Positions 19,075 to 43,988 are shown, numbered from the stretch's first letter. The stretch: 64,000 nucleotides of DNA from the human T2T-CHM13v2.0 reference genome, Homo sapiens (GCF_009914755.1 NC_060933.1); one strand, 5' to 3'. Program-made: numbers and translations. The notes: generated from the sequence alone by a model not told the origin.

Positions 19075-19370
19075 GGCTGGGCGCAGTGGCTCACGCCTGT
19101 AATCCCAGCACTTTGGGAGGTCAAGGCAGGTGGATCACGAGGTCCGGAGATCGAGACCATCCTGGCTAACATGGTGAAACCCCATCTCTACTAAAAATAC
19201 AAAAAAATTAGCTGGGCGTGGTGGCAGGCGCCTGTAGTCTCAGCTACTCGGGAGGCTGAGGCAGGAGAATGGCGTGAACCCGGGAGGCAGAGCTTGCAGT
19301 GAGCCTAGATTGTGCCACTGCACTTCAGCCTGGGTGACAGAGCAAGACTCCATCTCAAAAAAAAAAAAAA
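19075..19370 (+). mobile_element. AluY with 14-bp TSD AAGATATAATTACA
   Basis: TSD at 19061-19074 and 19370-19383. Confidence 0.9.
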
Positions 19371-19548
19371 AGATATAATTACAAAAGGACCACTTACGAA
19401 GGATTGAATGAATAAGAAACCACATTATCGAGGGAAAATGACATTTATAGCAAACCTAGGCTAAGAGCAGTTGTGCAACTGAGCAAACGCTAGAGCTCTG
19501 AGCATTGTGGCAGCTAAGGCAAAAAGGGAAAGGATTAAAAATACCAAC

Positions 19549-19664
19549 CTGAAGACGCTGATGAACTGGGAAGTCATTAGTTGAGGCCTCAGCTCCTTCA
19601 CTTCTGCCACATTCCCCAAAAGTCCTAGCATATTCCTATGCAGTTCCTGCTTCTCTGGGAATTC
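19549..19664 (-). CDS. ZER1: ZER1 exon 12 (not in ORF track)
   Basis: cccag|GAA TTC ... TTC AG|gttggt; 116 nt; EFPEKQELHRNMLGLLGNVAEVKELRPQLMTSQFISVFS; includes N597/E600 of the degron pocket. Confidence 0.95.
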
Positions 19665-20311
19665 CTGGGAAAAGGAGAGCCAATGGGCCGCATCAATTAG
19701 TACTTAATGACTTAGTATCTGGTATTGTTAACCAAAAAGCTTCATGGGCATCTGGCCATGCCAACTAGACAAAGAGGGGGCATATATGCTGCCCTCCTAC
19801 CCTCCAATGCTCCTAGGTCAGTGCTGGGTACACACACTAAGGAATTAAAGGGGTGGGATTGCTTGCCACAAAGACAAAGGTTGATTAGAGATCTGACCTA
19901 TGGGACAGACGTGGTTCTGTTCACCAAAGCTCAAAATACTAGTTTAAGGGACCCTCCTAGAAATTAAAGCAGGAAAACAGAGCATGTGTTTAAGGATGAA
20001 CAGACCCGCTGTCCAGCTCGTAGCGTAGTGGGCTCTGGCCAGCTGTGGGCAGCCTGAGAACAACGGCCGAGGAGACAGGGAGGGGCTTTCCCTGGGAGTG
20101 GGGGCTCTCAGGAGGCCCCACCAGGCCATCTGGGTCTGGAGCTTCTGTCAGCAGCAAATCCTGGGTGGGTGGGCCTGAGTCTGTCCCCACTGCCCTTCTC
20201 CAGGAAGCATGGGTGAGGGGTGCTGCGGATTTGGTTGGTGGGGAGCCTAGGGACAGAAGAGGGGCCATGTGGGCAGCTGAGGCAGCTGCTGCTGCAGGAG
20301 GTGGACACTAC

Positions 20312-20431
20312 CTTCAGGCAGTCCAGGAAGAGCTTCATGCCGTTGAAATTGAGGAACATCTCGCAGTTGTCAGGAGTTTCATCTGTGATGTTCCACAGGG
20401 CACTCCAGGAGAACTCCATGACCTGGTCACA
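20312..20431 (-). CDS. ZER1: ZER1 exon 11
   Basis: cacag|TGT ... AAG|gtagtg; 120 nt; CDQVMEFSWSALWNITDETPDNC...; includes W552/D556. Confidence 0.95.
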
Positions 20432-20576
20432 CTGTGAGGGCAGGGCAGGGCTCAGCCAAGGCTCCTGGTACCCGGGGAGGGGGGCCCCTGACAAAACACA
20501 GACCTCCCCCAGGGGCAGCCCAGGCCCCTTGCGAGGTGGGGAAAGGGTAGCGTGGCTTCGTGAAGACTTGACTTAC

Positions 20577-20618
20577 TGTCTTGTCCAGCAGCTTCTTCTG
20601 AATCAGCTTCAGCATGGT
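20577..20618 (-). CDS. ZER1: ZER1 exon 10 (42 nt)
   Basis: ctgcag|ACC ATG ... ACA|gtaagt; TMLKLIQKKLLDKT. Confidence 0.93.
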
Positions 20619-21306
20619 CTGCAGGCAGGGACAAGAGTCTGCTAGAGTGCTGGGGCTGAAGAACTCCCACCCCCACGAACCCAAGATGGAGGGGAGGCTC
20701 AGCAACGCCATGGCTAGTTCAGGAGTCTTGACGAGATCAAGTCTCCCTATATTTGGGGGAGGCTATTTGAAGGCATCCACGCCTCAGCCCCTTGGTATTG
20801 GCATTAGCAGGCCCGGGTGCCGTTCCTGGCCCTCGGGTGACTCCCCTGTGACTTTGGGCACAGCCCTTCCCGCTGGGGCTTGAGCTTCGCTGCCATCAAA
20901 TGAGACCAGAAGCTCTTGAGCTCCTTTGTCATTCTTTCCTTCCTTTCACCAGTGATATTTATCATCTCCCCACTGGCCTCCAGGGCCCATGCCAAGAAGT
21001 GCTGGGGACACAATGACGGAAGGACAGCATGGCATCTTTCCCTACAGAGCTTATGAAAGCAGGATGAGCGCAGGGACTGGGACAGGATGACAGCATGCTC
21101 TAGGTGGAAGAAATCTATGAGGGCATCAGCAACATTCAGCATTAAGAAATTCTTCCTTTGGTCTAGCCTAAATCCCTCATGCTTCAGCACACTCTCCCTC
21201 TCCGACTCCCAGCCCCAGGCCCTGCTCTGAGACTCTCGCTCAGGGTAGAGGGGTGGGGGAGAGCAGTGAGGCTCAGGAGGAAGGGGGCAGCGCCCCCCAC
21301 ACGTAC

Positions 21307-21522
21307 CACGACAAAGCCCATCTTGCCCACGGCCTCCTTGTGGTCGTTGTCTACCTGGCAGACCAGGGCATTGCACAGGTGCACGGCGATCCGCTGGATA
21401 GACTCGTCCTGCCGCGTGGGGTTGAGGATGCTGAGCAGGAGCTCGTTGACCCGGCGGTACTGGAATTCCAGCTCCTCGGGGATGCTGAAGTTGCAGAGCG
21501 TCAGGCAGCAGTTCCGCTGCAC
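21307..21522 (-). CDS. ZER1: ZER1 exon 9
   Basis: cccag|GTG CAG ... GTC GTG|gtacgt; 216 nt; ARM-repeat region. Confidence 0.95.
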
Positions 21523-21679
21523 CTGGGCCGGGACAGGACACAAGTGGGGCACATTCAGGGTCAGACTCAGGAGCAGGGCTCTAGGAACTCTCTAGAGGTA
21601 TGAGCTCATCCAGAGTTGTGGCAGTCCAGCCCGGTTTTCTGGAAGAGGAGGCTATACAAGTCTTCTCTAAAAAATGTTT

Positions 21680-29080
<7,401 letters not shown>

Positions 29081-29390
29081 TAAAAGCAGCTGTTGGTAAG
29101 AAATCCCCCAGCAGAGTGTATGGGCAGAAGGGCTGAGGAGACGGCACAGGCAGGGAGAAGGGCAGGGTCCCTGGGCCCCCACCCCCACATGGGGCAGGGA
29201 GGAGGATGGAGGGCAGCCAGGAGTGATGGACTGTGGGAAGGGCCAGGTCCCAAGAGTCAGGGAGTGCTGCTGTGGGAAAGGGAGCTGGGACAGATGCAGC
29301 CCAGAGCCGGGGGAGCCCTAGCGGGACGCAAGAAGCAGGAAAGGGGTGGCTGGGCCAGAGCATGCGGGGCCGTGGCGGGTGGGGGCTCAC

Positions 29391-29564
29391 CGTCACCTCC
29401 TGGTAGGATTCCATGCCATTCAGCACCACCTGGATAACCTGCCGGCGCAGCTTCACACTCTGCTCTGAGCGGTACTCGGAATTTGTTAGGTAGAAGAGAG
29501 CGGCGCTGCCTGTCACTTGAATGTTCCTGTCATATTTGTGGCACTTGAGGGCCGTGATGACCAG
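29391..29564 (-). CDS. ZER1: ZER1 exon 8
   Basis: atacag|CTG GTC ... GTG ACG|gtgagc; 174 nt. Confidence 0.95.
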
Positions 29565-29896
29565 CTGTATGAAGACAAGGGGGACCTGGGCTGGCAAGTG
29601 CAGGGAGAGGCCTGGGCTCTGCAAGGGGCTGGAACAGGCTCTCTGGGGCAAGGTTTAGCCTGGTCTTGCTCTCTAAAGGCAGAAGTGGGGCCTGGGGAGC
29701 AGACACCAGGGTGGGGACCAAACAAGGCCAGTGCTGAAGCAAGTCAAGTGCTGTGAGGCCCAGGCTGGGGTTCGGGTCCTGGGGCCCTGGGGACAGGGTG
29801 CAGAAGGACACAGGCTCTGGGGACACGGCTCAGCCAAGCCCGGCAACCTCCAGGTGGGGAGGGACAGGAGGCCAAGGCCCCAGGCTTGGAGCTGAC

Positions 29897-30043
29897 CTTC
29901 AGGGCCCGCAGCAGCTGGTTGCAACGCTCGATGCGGGCGATGTCAAAAAGCAAGTTGATGGCCCGCGAGGTGATCTCAGGCCGGTGCTCCGTGTAGGCCT
30001 CGATGGCATTCAGCACCTGCTCTTCGTTTTTGTCACCACTTAC
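29897..30043 (-). CDS. ZER1: ZER1 exon 7
   Basis: cgcag|GTA AGT GGT ... CTG AAG|gtcagc; 147 nt; VSGDKNEEQVLNAIEAY...LLRALK. Confidence 0.95.
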
Positions 30044-30187
30044 CTGCGGGTGGGACACGCTCAGAACAACCCAGCAGAGGCCAAGGGCTGGGATGCCAGA
30101 TCCCAGCTCAGTCTCCAGCCCCAGAATCCAGCTCCTTCTCTCTCCCAAGGCTCCCTGGCCCAGACCCATCCCACTTCCACTGCTCAC

Positions 30188-30302
30188 TTTGTAGGCTGGA
30201 ATGTGCGTGAGGCGGCACAGAGAGTTCTCAAAGAGCCCGAGGAACTGCAGCGGCCTCTTCAGAGCCCGGAAAGGTATGATGCTGCTCTTGGAAGGCTCAA
30301 TG
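30188..30302 (-). CDS. ZER1: ZER1 exon 6
   Basis: cccag|C ATT GAG ... TAC AAA|gtgagc; 115 nt. Confidence 0.95.
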
Positions 30303-31447
30303 CTGGGGAAAGAGGGTGCCGGTGTCAGTGGCTTGGGACCCAGGCCTGAGCTGGGCCTCCCCACTGGGGGTGGTGAGGCATTTCCTTGCTTTCTCTTCTA
30401 GGCCCTCCAACCTCATCCCCTACTCCTTTTGTTTTTAATGGTAGGGGACATAAGCACCACCTCCTGATGGAAGCATGGCAAAGCCACATAGTAGGGGAAC
30501 ACATAGGATGGGCAATGCAGCCACCTTTAGAAACCACCTGCCATTCTAGTAAGGACATGGCACCTTTAGGTCTCACCAACAATCACAAAGGGACAAGCTC
30601 AACTGAACACCATTAAAGCAGGCTGGGGCCAGGGCTTATGGGTGGCCAGTTACAGCTGGTAGGGTTTGGTCAAACTTCTCAACCAACCAATCCAAGAACC
30701 GACCTATGTCCAGCAATACTCCATAGGTGGCAGACACTGCCAGCCTTGCCTCTTCCCCCCATGGCACTGTGCTCTGGTCAGGCTGAGTGTTGGGTAGTTC
30801 CCCTGTCGCTCCTCATGCTCTCACCTACTGGCCTTTGCAGGTGCTGTTCCCTCTGCTAGAACACGCTTCCTCTGGCAGAGGCAGAATGAGCTTTCAGGAC
30901 AGCCAGGATGCGTCCCTCCTCCTCCTTCCTTCCTGATCCTCAGGCCACACCGGGGCCCTGGATTGCCCCTACCATAGCCCTTGTAATGACTTGATTGTCC
31001 CCACCAGCTCACACAGCCTCCAAGAGGGCAGGACCTGATTTGTTTCTTTATCTCTAGCACCCAGCACAGCACTTGGCAGAGGGGTACTTGGCAAATACTT
31101 TCTTTTTTTTTTTTTTTGAGACAAAGTCCCACTTTGTTGCCTAGGCTGGAGTGCAGTGGCGCGATCTCAGCTCACTGAAGGCTCCGCCTCCCGGCTTCAA
31201 TTCTCATACCTTAGCCTCCCAAGTAGCTGGGACTACAGGTGTCTGCCACCATGTCCAGCTAAATTTTGTATTTTTAGTAGAAATGGGGTTTCACCATGTT
31301 GGCCAGGCTGGTCTCTAACTCCTGGCCTCAAGTGATCCGCCCATCTTGGCTTCCCAAAGTGCTGGGATTACAGGCGTGAGCCACTGCGCCAGCCTAAATG
31401 CCTGTTGAATGACACCCTACCAGTAGCCATGGAGGCTGGGGCCCCAC

Positions 31448-31624
31448 CTGGTCTGCCCCGCTTCCTCTTCCATCTTGGAGATGCTGCAGTTCTCTAGGAT
31501 CATGTGGCCAGAGATGTCCAGGGACATTAGGTTCCCCAGCTTCTGCACAAAGAGGCTCAGCACCTCCCGAGTCAGCTTGAACTTGTAGTAGCTGGAGAGG
31601 CGGTCTCGGGAGATGTCCAGGTGT
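31448..31624 (-). CDS. ZER1: ZER1 exon 5
   Basis: ttcag|A CAC CTG GAC ... ACC AG|gtgggg; 177 nt; HLDISRDRLSSYYKFKLTREVLSLFVQKLGNLMSLDISGH (LRR). Confidence 0.95.
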
Positions 31625-31938
31625 CTGAAGATTGGGGTAGGGGGTGCAGGTTAGGAGCTGGGTACAGGGTGGGGCTGCCTTGCAGATCCCAGCTCCTTTA
31701 GTCTGTAGCAGGGGAGGGCCCATTCCTGCCACAACTTCCCCAGGGCATTCTGGGAAGAAACCCCAAACAGCCCCAATCCAGCTGAAACACTGGGTTTAAG
31801 GAATGGGACTGTGTCTTCATCCCCACCCTCTGCCTAGCCAAGCGCTCCTGAACCCTGAGGGCGTGACAACACCCACCTCTACTCCTCCCCACCTGCCCCC
31901 CAAACCCCACCCTGGTGAGCTCTGGGCCAGGAGCTCAC

Positions 31939-32375
31939 CGCAGCTTGTGCAGCTGCACGATGACCCGGATGTGGTCGTCGGACAGGTCCATGTTGTAGAG
32001 GACGAGGGACACCAGGCTGTCTTTCCACTGGGTGAGGAAGGCTGCGTCGCTCGTCTGAATGCCTGAGAGGTCCAAGGCAGCCAGGGAGTTAAGCGGCCGC
32101 AGCAGGGACTCCACAGGGACCCAATCAATCATGCGGCCCAAGTTGAGGAAGCGGAGGCGGCTGAAGCCCTCGAAGGTGAAATCCTTAACCAGCACCTGGC
32201 AGGTGGGGTTGACGAGGTACTCATCTTCACAGCCCCCTGGGTTCTCCTCCTCATAGAAAATGTTTGTACAGCCGAAGAGGCTCAAGGACACCAGGGTGTG
32301 GCTGAAGCTCCTCAGTGTCTGCAGGCTCTTGGCGGACAGCTTCTCGCAGTTAGTCAGGTACAGCTCCACCAGGTC
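31939..32375 (-). CDS. ZER1: ZER1 exon 4
   Basis: cccag|GAC CTG ... CTG CG|gtgagc; 437 nt; LRR-like LxxLxL repeats. Confidence 0.96.
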
Positions 32376-32583
32376 CTGGGAGTGGGCACAGCTCCATCAT
32401 CATCACCACCCTTGCCCCTTCCCCCGGCCCCAGGCCTTGCCCTGGGCTACAGGTGGGTTGGAAAGGGGGATGTGCACAGTCACGGTGCACACTGGCTGGG
32501 CTGGGGATGGCTGGGCTGGAGGCGAGCAGCCTGGCCCCTGCTTGGTGTGGGCCCTCCTGGCGCTGTGGCGGGGCAGGTCTCAC

Positions 32584-32734
32584 CTGCTTGCGGATGGCCT
32601 CCAGGTCCTGGTCCTGCACCAGGTCCTCACGGAGGTGGATCCGCGTGAGGCGGGTGCTGCGGGGGTCCGAAAAGAGGCTGAAGAAGCTCTCGTGTGGCTC
32701 GAAGTTACAGGCAGCGTTCACCAGCTCCACATAC
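32584..32734 (-). CDS. ZER1: ZER1 exon 3
   Basis: cccag|G TAT GTG ... AAG CAG|gtgaga; 151 nt. Confidence 0.95.
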
Positions 32735-33419
32735 CTGGGAGAGAAAAAAGCCTGGCTCAGGAGAGGGCCACAGGGACTCTCATCCTCGCTTCAAAGCCAA
32801 GCCCTCCTCCCCCTGAAGCTTTCTTGGATCACCCCAAGTAGCAACCTCCTTCTCCTAAGAGTATCTGGTCAGATCCTGACTAAACTACCAGTAAGATTAA
32901 GGGTGCCCAGGAACCAGGAATCTAAAGGCAGCTCTCTGGGAGACCTTCTAGGTGATGCAGGCGCCATCTCTCCCAGTGCACATGCCTGTCACACAGCCTC
33001 CACGCACGCACACTGCAGGGGCAGCAGCCCCACTGGCATGGCCACTCTCGTCACCTTCTTTAAGCCCCTCCTGCGACCCTTTTAAACAGGCAAACTAAGC
33101 CAAGTAGTTCAGAGTTCCCAGCTGGGTACAGGACAAGCCCTTAATGAAGCCCTGTTGAGACATCAGCTCATGCAAGAATCCTGGTCTGCTGGGAAATGCT
33201 TTGGATTCAAACGCTTTAGACTCTAAATCTTGGCTTGGCTGCTTCCTACCTGGGCAACTTCACACAAGTAAATGAACTTTCCCAGACCTCAGTTTCTTCA
33301 TCTGTAAAGTGGATATAACTATGGCCTGCAAAGTGTCCAACCTAAAGCCTGACCCACGGTAAATGCTCAGGACGTTATTACAGGTCCACCTCTGTCCTCA
33401 GGCCCACACAGGCTTCTAG

Positions 33420-33617
<198 letters not shown>

Positions 33618-33749
33618 TGAACTCCCAGCATTCAGTGACTGCATAGCATGCTTCTAGGAGCCCCTAGGAGTGGGGAGGCCCTCGGAGGGCCATTCAGATT
33701 TTCTGGATGATTCACTCCCTGATCATGGATCCGTTATTCTGGCACCGGC

Positions 33750-34140
33750 ATGTACATGCATATGTGGCCATGCTCACTGAATTCACAAGCACAGGTATGT
33801 GCATGTGAATGTACATACACGTGTGGGGCAACACTTAATTCCTTCATTTATATGCAGATTTTGACACAATCACATCTCTAAATGCACACATGCAGTTTCA
33901 CAGTCAGAAATAACCTGTGCTGCATAAGCTTACATGTGTACACACACCCATGCCTTCACGTGCACACCCCTCCACACACACACCAACACACACACATATA
34001 CACCTTTACGGTTATGGATACACCACTATTCTCTTGCAGCCATGAACATCCATGTGCACACACACACACCCTCACACATTCATCTCCATAGCTACTCCCC
34101 ACATAGTGCACACACGGTCCCAATCTCTCTATACACATTC
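33750..34140. repeat. Degenerate (CA)/(TG) low-complexity tract
   Basis: Numerous cacaca/tgtg runs just downstream of the exon 2 donor. Confidence 0.8.
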
Positions 34141-34182
34141 ATGGTAAGACCCCTGCCCCTCCTCAGCCCTGGGTCTGCTCAC

Positions 34183-34340
34183 TCATTGACGAGCCGGTCA
34201 CAGATCTCGCTGGGCAAGAAGATGTCCGGATGTAGCCGCAGGGTCTCCTTGTCCAGCAGGTAGCCCAGGGTGCCATCCAGGTTGCGCAAGCAGAAGTCAG
34301 TACAGAGGGCCATCAGCGACTCGGGAGTGTCGGACGCCAT
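34183..34340 (-). CDS. ZER1: ZER1 exon 2 CDS (ATG 34340; exon starts at 34434); CUL2-ELOB/C substrate receptor for Gly/N-degrons
   Basis: AGCATGG Kozak; MASDTPESLMALCTDFCLRNL (BC/VHL box); donor GA|gtgagc; acceptor ccccag at 34435. Confidence 0.96.
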
Positions 34341-34899
34341 GCTGGGGGCAAGCAGGTGGGCCACTCCAGGACAAGGATCCCCAGGGGCAACAGTGATTCC
34401 TGAATACTCACAGGATCATTGGCAGAGCCACTGCCTGGGGAGTGGACAAGATGCCAAGTGAGCCACACACAAGGGCTAGAACTATCAGTGGTCCCATGTC
34501 CACGCTCTGAGTAGGGAAACTGAGACCACACTCCAATTAGCAGCTTAGCAGGGCCAGGCCCAGGTCTCCTGACTCCTTCTTTCACCCGCCTCTGCTGTGC
34601 CACTATCTATGCACAATTTGACCTGCAAAGAACATGGAGCCTTGTCCAAGCACTTATTTGCCTGTGAGCAGACGTGTGTGCTGGGGACCCAGTGCTTGGG
34701 TGGGGATAATACAGATTTTCACTCTTCAGCTTCCCACAGTCTGAAGAGCTACACTGGGGTGTTCCATGCTGTGCAGTACTTCCTAACCTGTATACAGCTA
34801 TGATTGATTGAGCACTTAGGCTGTGCCAGGGCTTAATAGACATATAGACATGATATCACTGAATCTCATGGTGTCTGATTAAAAATGAAGGCTCCTTAC

Positions 34900-38265
<3,366 letters not shown>

Positions 38266-38383
38266 TGAATAGAAAGTTAAGAAAATGGCGGCTGGGCATG
38301 GTGGCTCACGCCTGTAATCCCAGCACTTTGGGAGGCCAAGGCAGGTGGATCATGAGGTCAGGAGATTGAGACCATCCTGGCTA

Positions 38384-38587
<204 letters not shown>

Positions 38588-38830
38588 TTAATCAGACTCT
38601 ATACTCATATTTTGTGCATCTTTCCTTATGTATGTATTTTTTTGTTTGTTTGTTTGGTTGGTTGTTTTTTTCTGAGACAGAGTCTCATACTGTTGCCCAG
38701 GCTGGAGTGTGGTGGTATGATCACGGCTCACCGCAGCCTTGACCTCCTGGGCTCAAGCGATCCTCCCACCTCAGCCTGTTGAGTAGCTGGGACCACAGGC
38801 ATGTGCCACCACGCCCAGTAAATTTTTTAA

Positions 38831-39174
<344 letters not shown>

Positions 39175-39200
39175 TAACCGTGTTAGCCAGGATGGTCTCA

Positions 39201-39320
<120 letters not shown>

Positions 39321-39462
39321 CTATGTTTTGACCCAGTTATACAATTCACTGTAAAATTACTTAACCTCTCCATTGAGGCCAACATAGTGAAACCCCGTCT
39401 CTACCAAAATACAAAAAAAAAAGCTGGGTGTTGTGGTGCACACCTGTAATCCCAGCTACTCA

Positions 39463-39585
<123 letters not shown>

Positions 39586-39716
39586 TTAAAAAAAAAAAAA
39601 GTTACTTAACCTCTCCAGACCTCAGTTTCCTCATCTGAAAAATGGGGATAATAGGCCAGGCGCGGTGGCTCACGCCTGTAATCCCAGCACTTTGGGAGGC
39701 CGAGGCAGGCGAATCA

Positions 39717-39974
<258 letters not shown>

Positions 39975-40021
39975 TCACAGGGCTGTGGTACTAAATGAGA
40001 TAATGTTGAAGAAATGCTTAG

Positions 40022-40186
<165 letters not shown>

Positions 40187-40189
40187 TGA

Positions 40190-40586
<397 letters not shown>

Positions 40587-40780
40587 TAGCCAGGATGGTC
40601 TCGAACTCCTGACCTTGTGATCCGCCCGCCTCAGCCTCCCAAAATGTTGGGATTACAGGCGTGAGCCACCGCGCCCGGCTGACCCCATCTTATAGAGGAG
40701 GAAACTCAAGGTCAAACAGAGGGAGCTGTGTAAACTAGGACTGGAACCTGGTCTCGTGGAATCCCTCACATCTCTTAGAG

Positions 40781-41003
40781 CAAGCTTGTCCAACCTGTGG
40801 TCCATGGGCTGCATGTGGCCCAGGACAGCTTTGAATGCAGCCCAACACAAATTTGTAAACTTTCTTAAAACATTATGACATTTATGGACTTTTTTTTTTT
40901 TTTAGCTCATCTGCTGTTGTTAGTGTTGGTGTATTTTACGTGTCGCCCAAGACAGTTCCTTTTCCAGTGTGGCCCAGGGAAGCTAAAAGATTGGACACCC
41001 CTG
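40781..41003 (-). mobile_element. MER30 (hAT-Charlie MITE), full length
   Basis: Ends CAAGCTTGTCCAA ... TTGGACACCCCTG; 8-bp TSD tcttagag/acttagag. Confidence 0.88.
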
Positions 41004-42604
41004 ACTTAGAGGGTTCTGGAGTTCTGGGGCCCAGCATTGTCCCAGCTTCTGGGAGCCTCCCTCTGTGCCCATTTGTAAACCTTCCAGACTGCTCAGGAAA
41101 TCCAGCGGGAAGCCACAGGGCACACTGGGCTTTGGAATCAGCCAGTTCTGAGTTCAACTGTGGCACCACTGTCTACTGGGGACTGTGTGTGGATGGGCTG
41201 TGGATTCAGGCAGGCATAGCTCACATTTCAGCCTTGCTGCTCACGAGGAGACAAACTTGGGCAAGTGTCTCCACCTCTCTGTGCCTCAGTCACTTTTCCT
41301 CTAAAATAGAAGCAGCACAATACCTCATCCCCAGCACGGTGTGAAGATTCCATGGAATAATATCAAAAGGGCTTAGAACGGTGTCTGGCATGTAGTCATT
41401 GCTCAATAAAGACAACCGTTATTATGTTGTTGTTATAATCATTACCTTCTCCTACCTCATCTGCCCTGGCTCCCAGCTCCGGGCCTGTGCTCCCCGGCCT
41501 GGGTCTCCCACAACAAGGCTCATTGTGTCAGCTGTCCCACTGGCAGCATGGCACCCTCGAGGGAAGGCACAAAAGCCAGGATGCCTGGGCCCCGGGCATG
41601 GCCTTCCTTTGCCTTCATTTGCTTCAAGATCTTTAAGAGCCCAGCAGCCTCTCTTGCCTGGGAAACTGGAACCAGAGGGAGCACTGCTGGCAGAGAGTCC
41701 CCACTCTTGGAAAGCAACTCTTTTCAAGCCCACCGGAATTACAGCCAGCTTTCTGGCCTACTTGGTCCCCACTGCCCCCCTACTCCAGCCAGCCTGGCCT
41801 CATCATTCACTGTCCTGGCAAAAGGCCCTCGGCACAGGTCACCTTCAGACCTTTGCCCAGTCTGTTCTCTTTCAACCAGGACCATCCAAATTCAACTAAT
41901 TACTGCACTTTCTAATTTAAATACTGCCTTCTCCCCTCCCCTACCCAAATACACTCCATGTCCTTCCTCCAGGAAGTATCTCCTGGCCACTCCAGCCCAC
42001 ATGATCTTTGAACTCTCCTTTCACGTAGCTGATACCTATGGTCCCAGTGTCAAAGTTACTTCCTCTGGGAAGCCATGCTTAACCCACCAGGGTGTGCCTG
42101 CTGAGTCCCCCCACAGGCCCGATCTACCACAGCAATGAACACTTGGTACGATGTGGCTTTGATGATTCAGCATCCTTGATGGATGGCCAGGTCCATGAGG
42201 GCAAAACCAGGCTGTCTTGTTTGGTATCACCTCCCTGGACCTGCTCACTCAGTCCCTGCTGAGCACTGGGGGTCCTTGGTGAGCGAGCCGGACAAGGTCC
42301 TTGACCACATGGAGCGTACTGGCTCCGGAGGGAGACAGATCCACCTACAGGGCCCATAAGCGCCTGTCGCGTAACTGGGACCAGTGTCTTGCAGGAGAAG
42401 GGGCCTGGGGCTCTGGATGCCCAATCAGGGGACTTGCCCTGGACTGGGGAGTCAGAGCAGGTATCCTTAGAAGTGACATTTCAGGCCAGGTGCAGTGGCT
42501 CACACCTGTAATCCCAAAACTTTGGGAGACTGAGGTAGGTGGATCACCTGAGGTCAGGAGTTCGAGACCAGCCTGGCCAACATGGTGAAACTCCGTCTCT
42601 ACTA

Positions 42605-42787
<183 letters not shown>

Positions 42788-43979
42788 TCAGCTGGGACCC
42801 AAAAGATAAGTCCTAGTTAACTCTGGTGGAGGGGAGAGAAGGGGAAGGCGCTTTGGGAGGAAGCAAAGAAGTACCTAAGCTGCAAGGAGAGGGGGTGCAT
42901 GGGACGTTGGCACTACGGGCCCAGGTCCATGACTATTTGCTAAATGAACAAAGGAAGCACTGAACACTCAATGTGGGGCCTGCCACAAGGTGAGGTTTCA
43001 ACAAAGGCCTGTGGAAGGAATGACAAAGTACTCGCCATCAGAGGTCTGCACGAGGCCTGGGAGGTATAGTACACTCTCGCATTCTCCCTGCTTGCTGCAC
43101 TCAGGACACTGCTGGGCGCCCAGTGGCTGCAAATGATGCCTCTTGGCTCGGAGGCTCTGAATGAGGGAGAGCCACTGGGGTTTTGCCTTTTCTGCACGTC
43201 TGAGCCCAGTTACCTAGGCAGCTGCTCTGCCCTTACCATGCTCCCCAAGTGGAAGAAACACCACCACGTCAGTTGTCACGGTCACCAAAAGCCCCCAAAA
43301 CATAAGCCAGGTAGATGGCGCCATCTGCTAGCCTCCCCTTAGCAGTGTTGACCTTGCCACTCAGGGCTGGAATGAGCTGGAAGAGGAAGCAGCCATCTTA
43401 CATCCTGGCACAGAGACTGAAGGGCCCCGGGGCTACCATGCCCTGAGACCCATCCAGCTGCGGGCCTGGCACCTGCCAGAGGCAGCCATCTCTACCTACT
43501 CCACTCTACCTACTCCATTCCTTAGGGATTGTCATTCTCAGGGCAGTCACAGGCCATCTGGAATTCCAGCAACTGAGGACAGAGGGAGCTCTGGTTATGA
43601 CCGACCACCACACTGGGAGAACCCTGTGTCTTTCTCCATCCCTTTTCTTGCATGTTCTCTAATACTAGGTCTATCATGAACATTCGACATCCTGGGGAAT
43701 GAAGGAAGTGGGAGAGAAGAGAGAGAAAAACAGCACCAGCAGCAGCAGCAGCAGAAGGCACCGCCATACCACGTCCATGTTGGCTGCTTCCAGATGTGGT
43801 CCTAAGCTCCTTACAGGCTTTACTCCCTCGAGTCTCTTACTCAACCGACAAAATATTTCCTAGTACCCTGTACTTGCAACTAATTAATCATTTACATAAC
43901 AATTTGTCAACTGACACCCTCCTACTGCCTGTGAGCTCTGGGAGGACAGAAGCTGTATGCTTGCTTGCATGCCTGCATC

Positions 43980-43988
43980 CATGCACAT

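Noticed and set aside
32729-32734. Exon 3 also begins with donor-like GTATGT
   Set aside because: The reconstituted site TGA|GTATGT is weaker than the exon's own donor CAG|GTGAGA; much less compelling than exon 7
43731-43754. (CAG)6 repeat in intron 1
   Set aside because: Too short and non-coding
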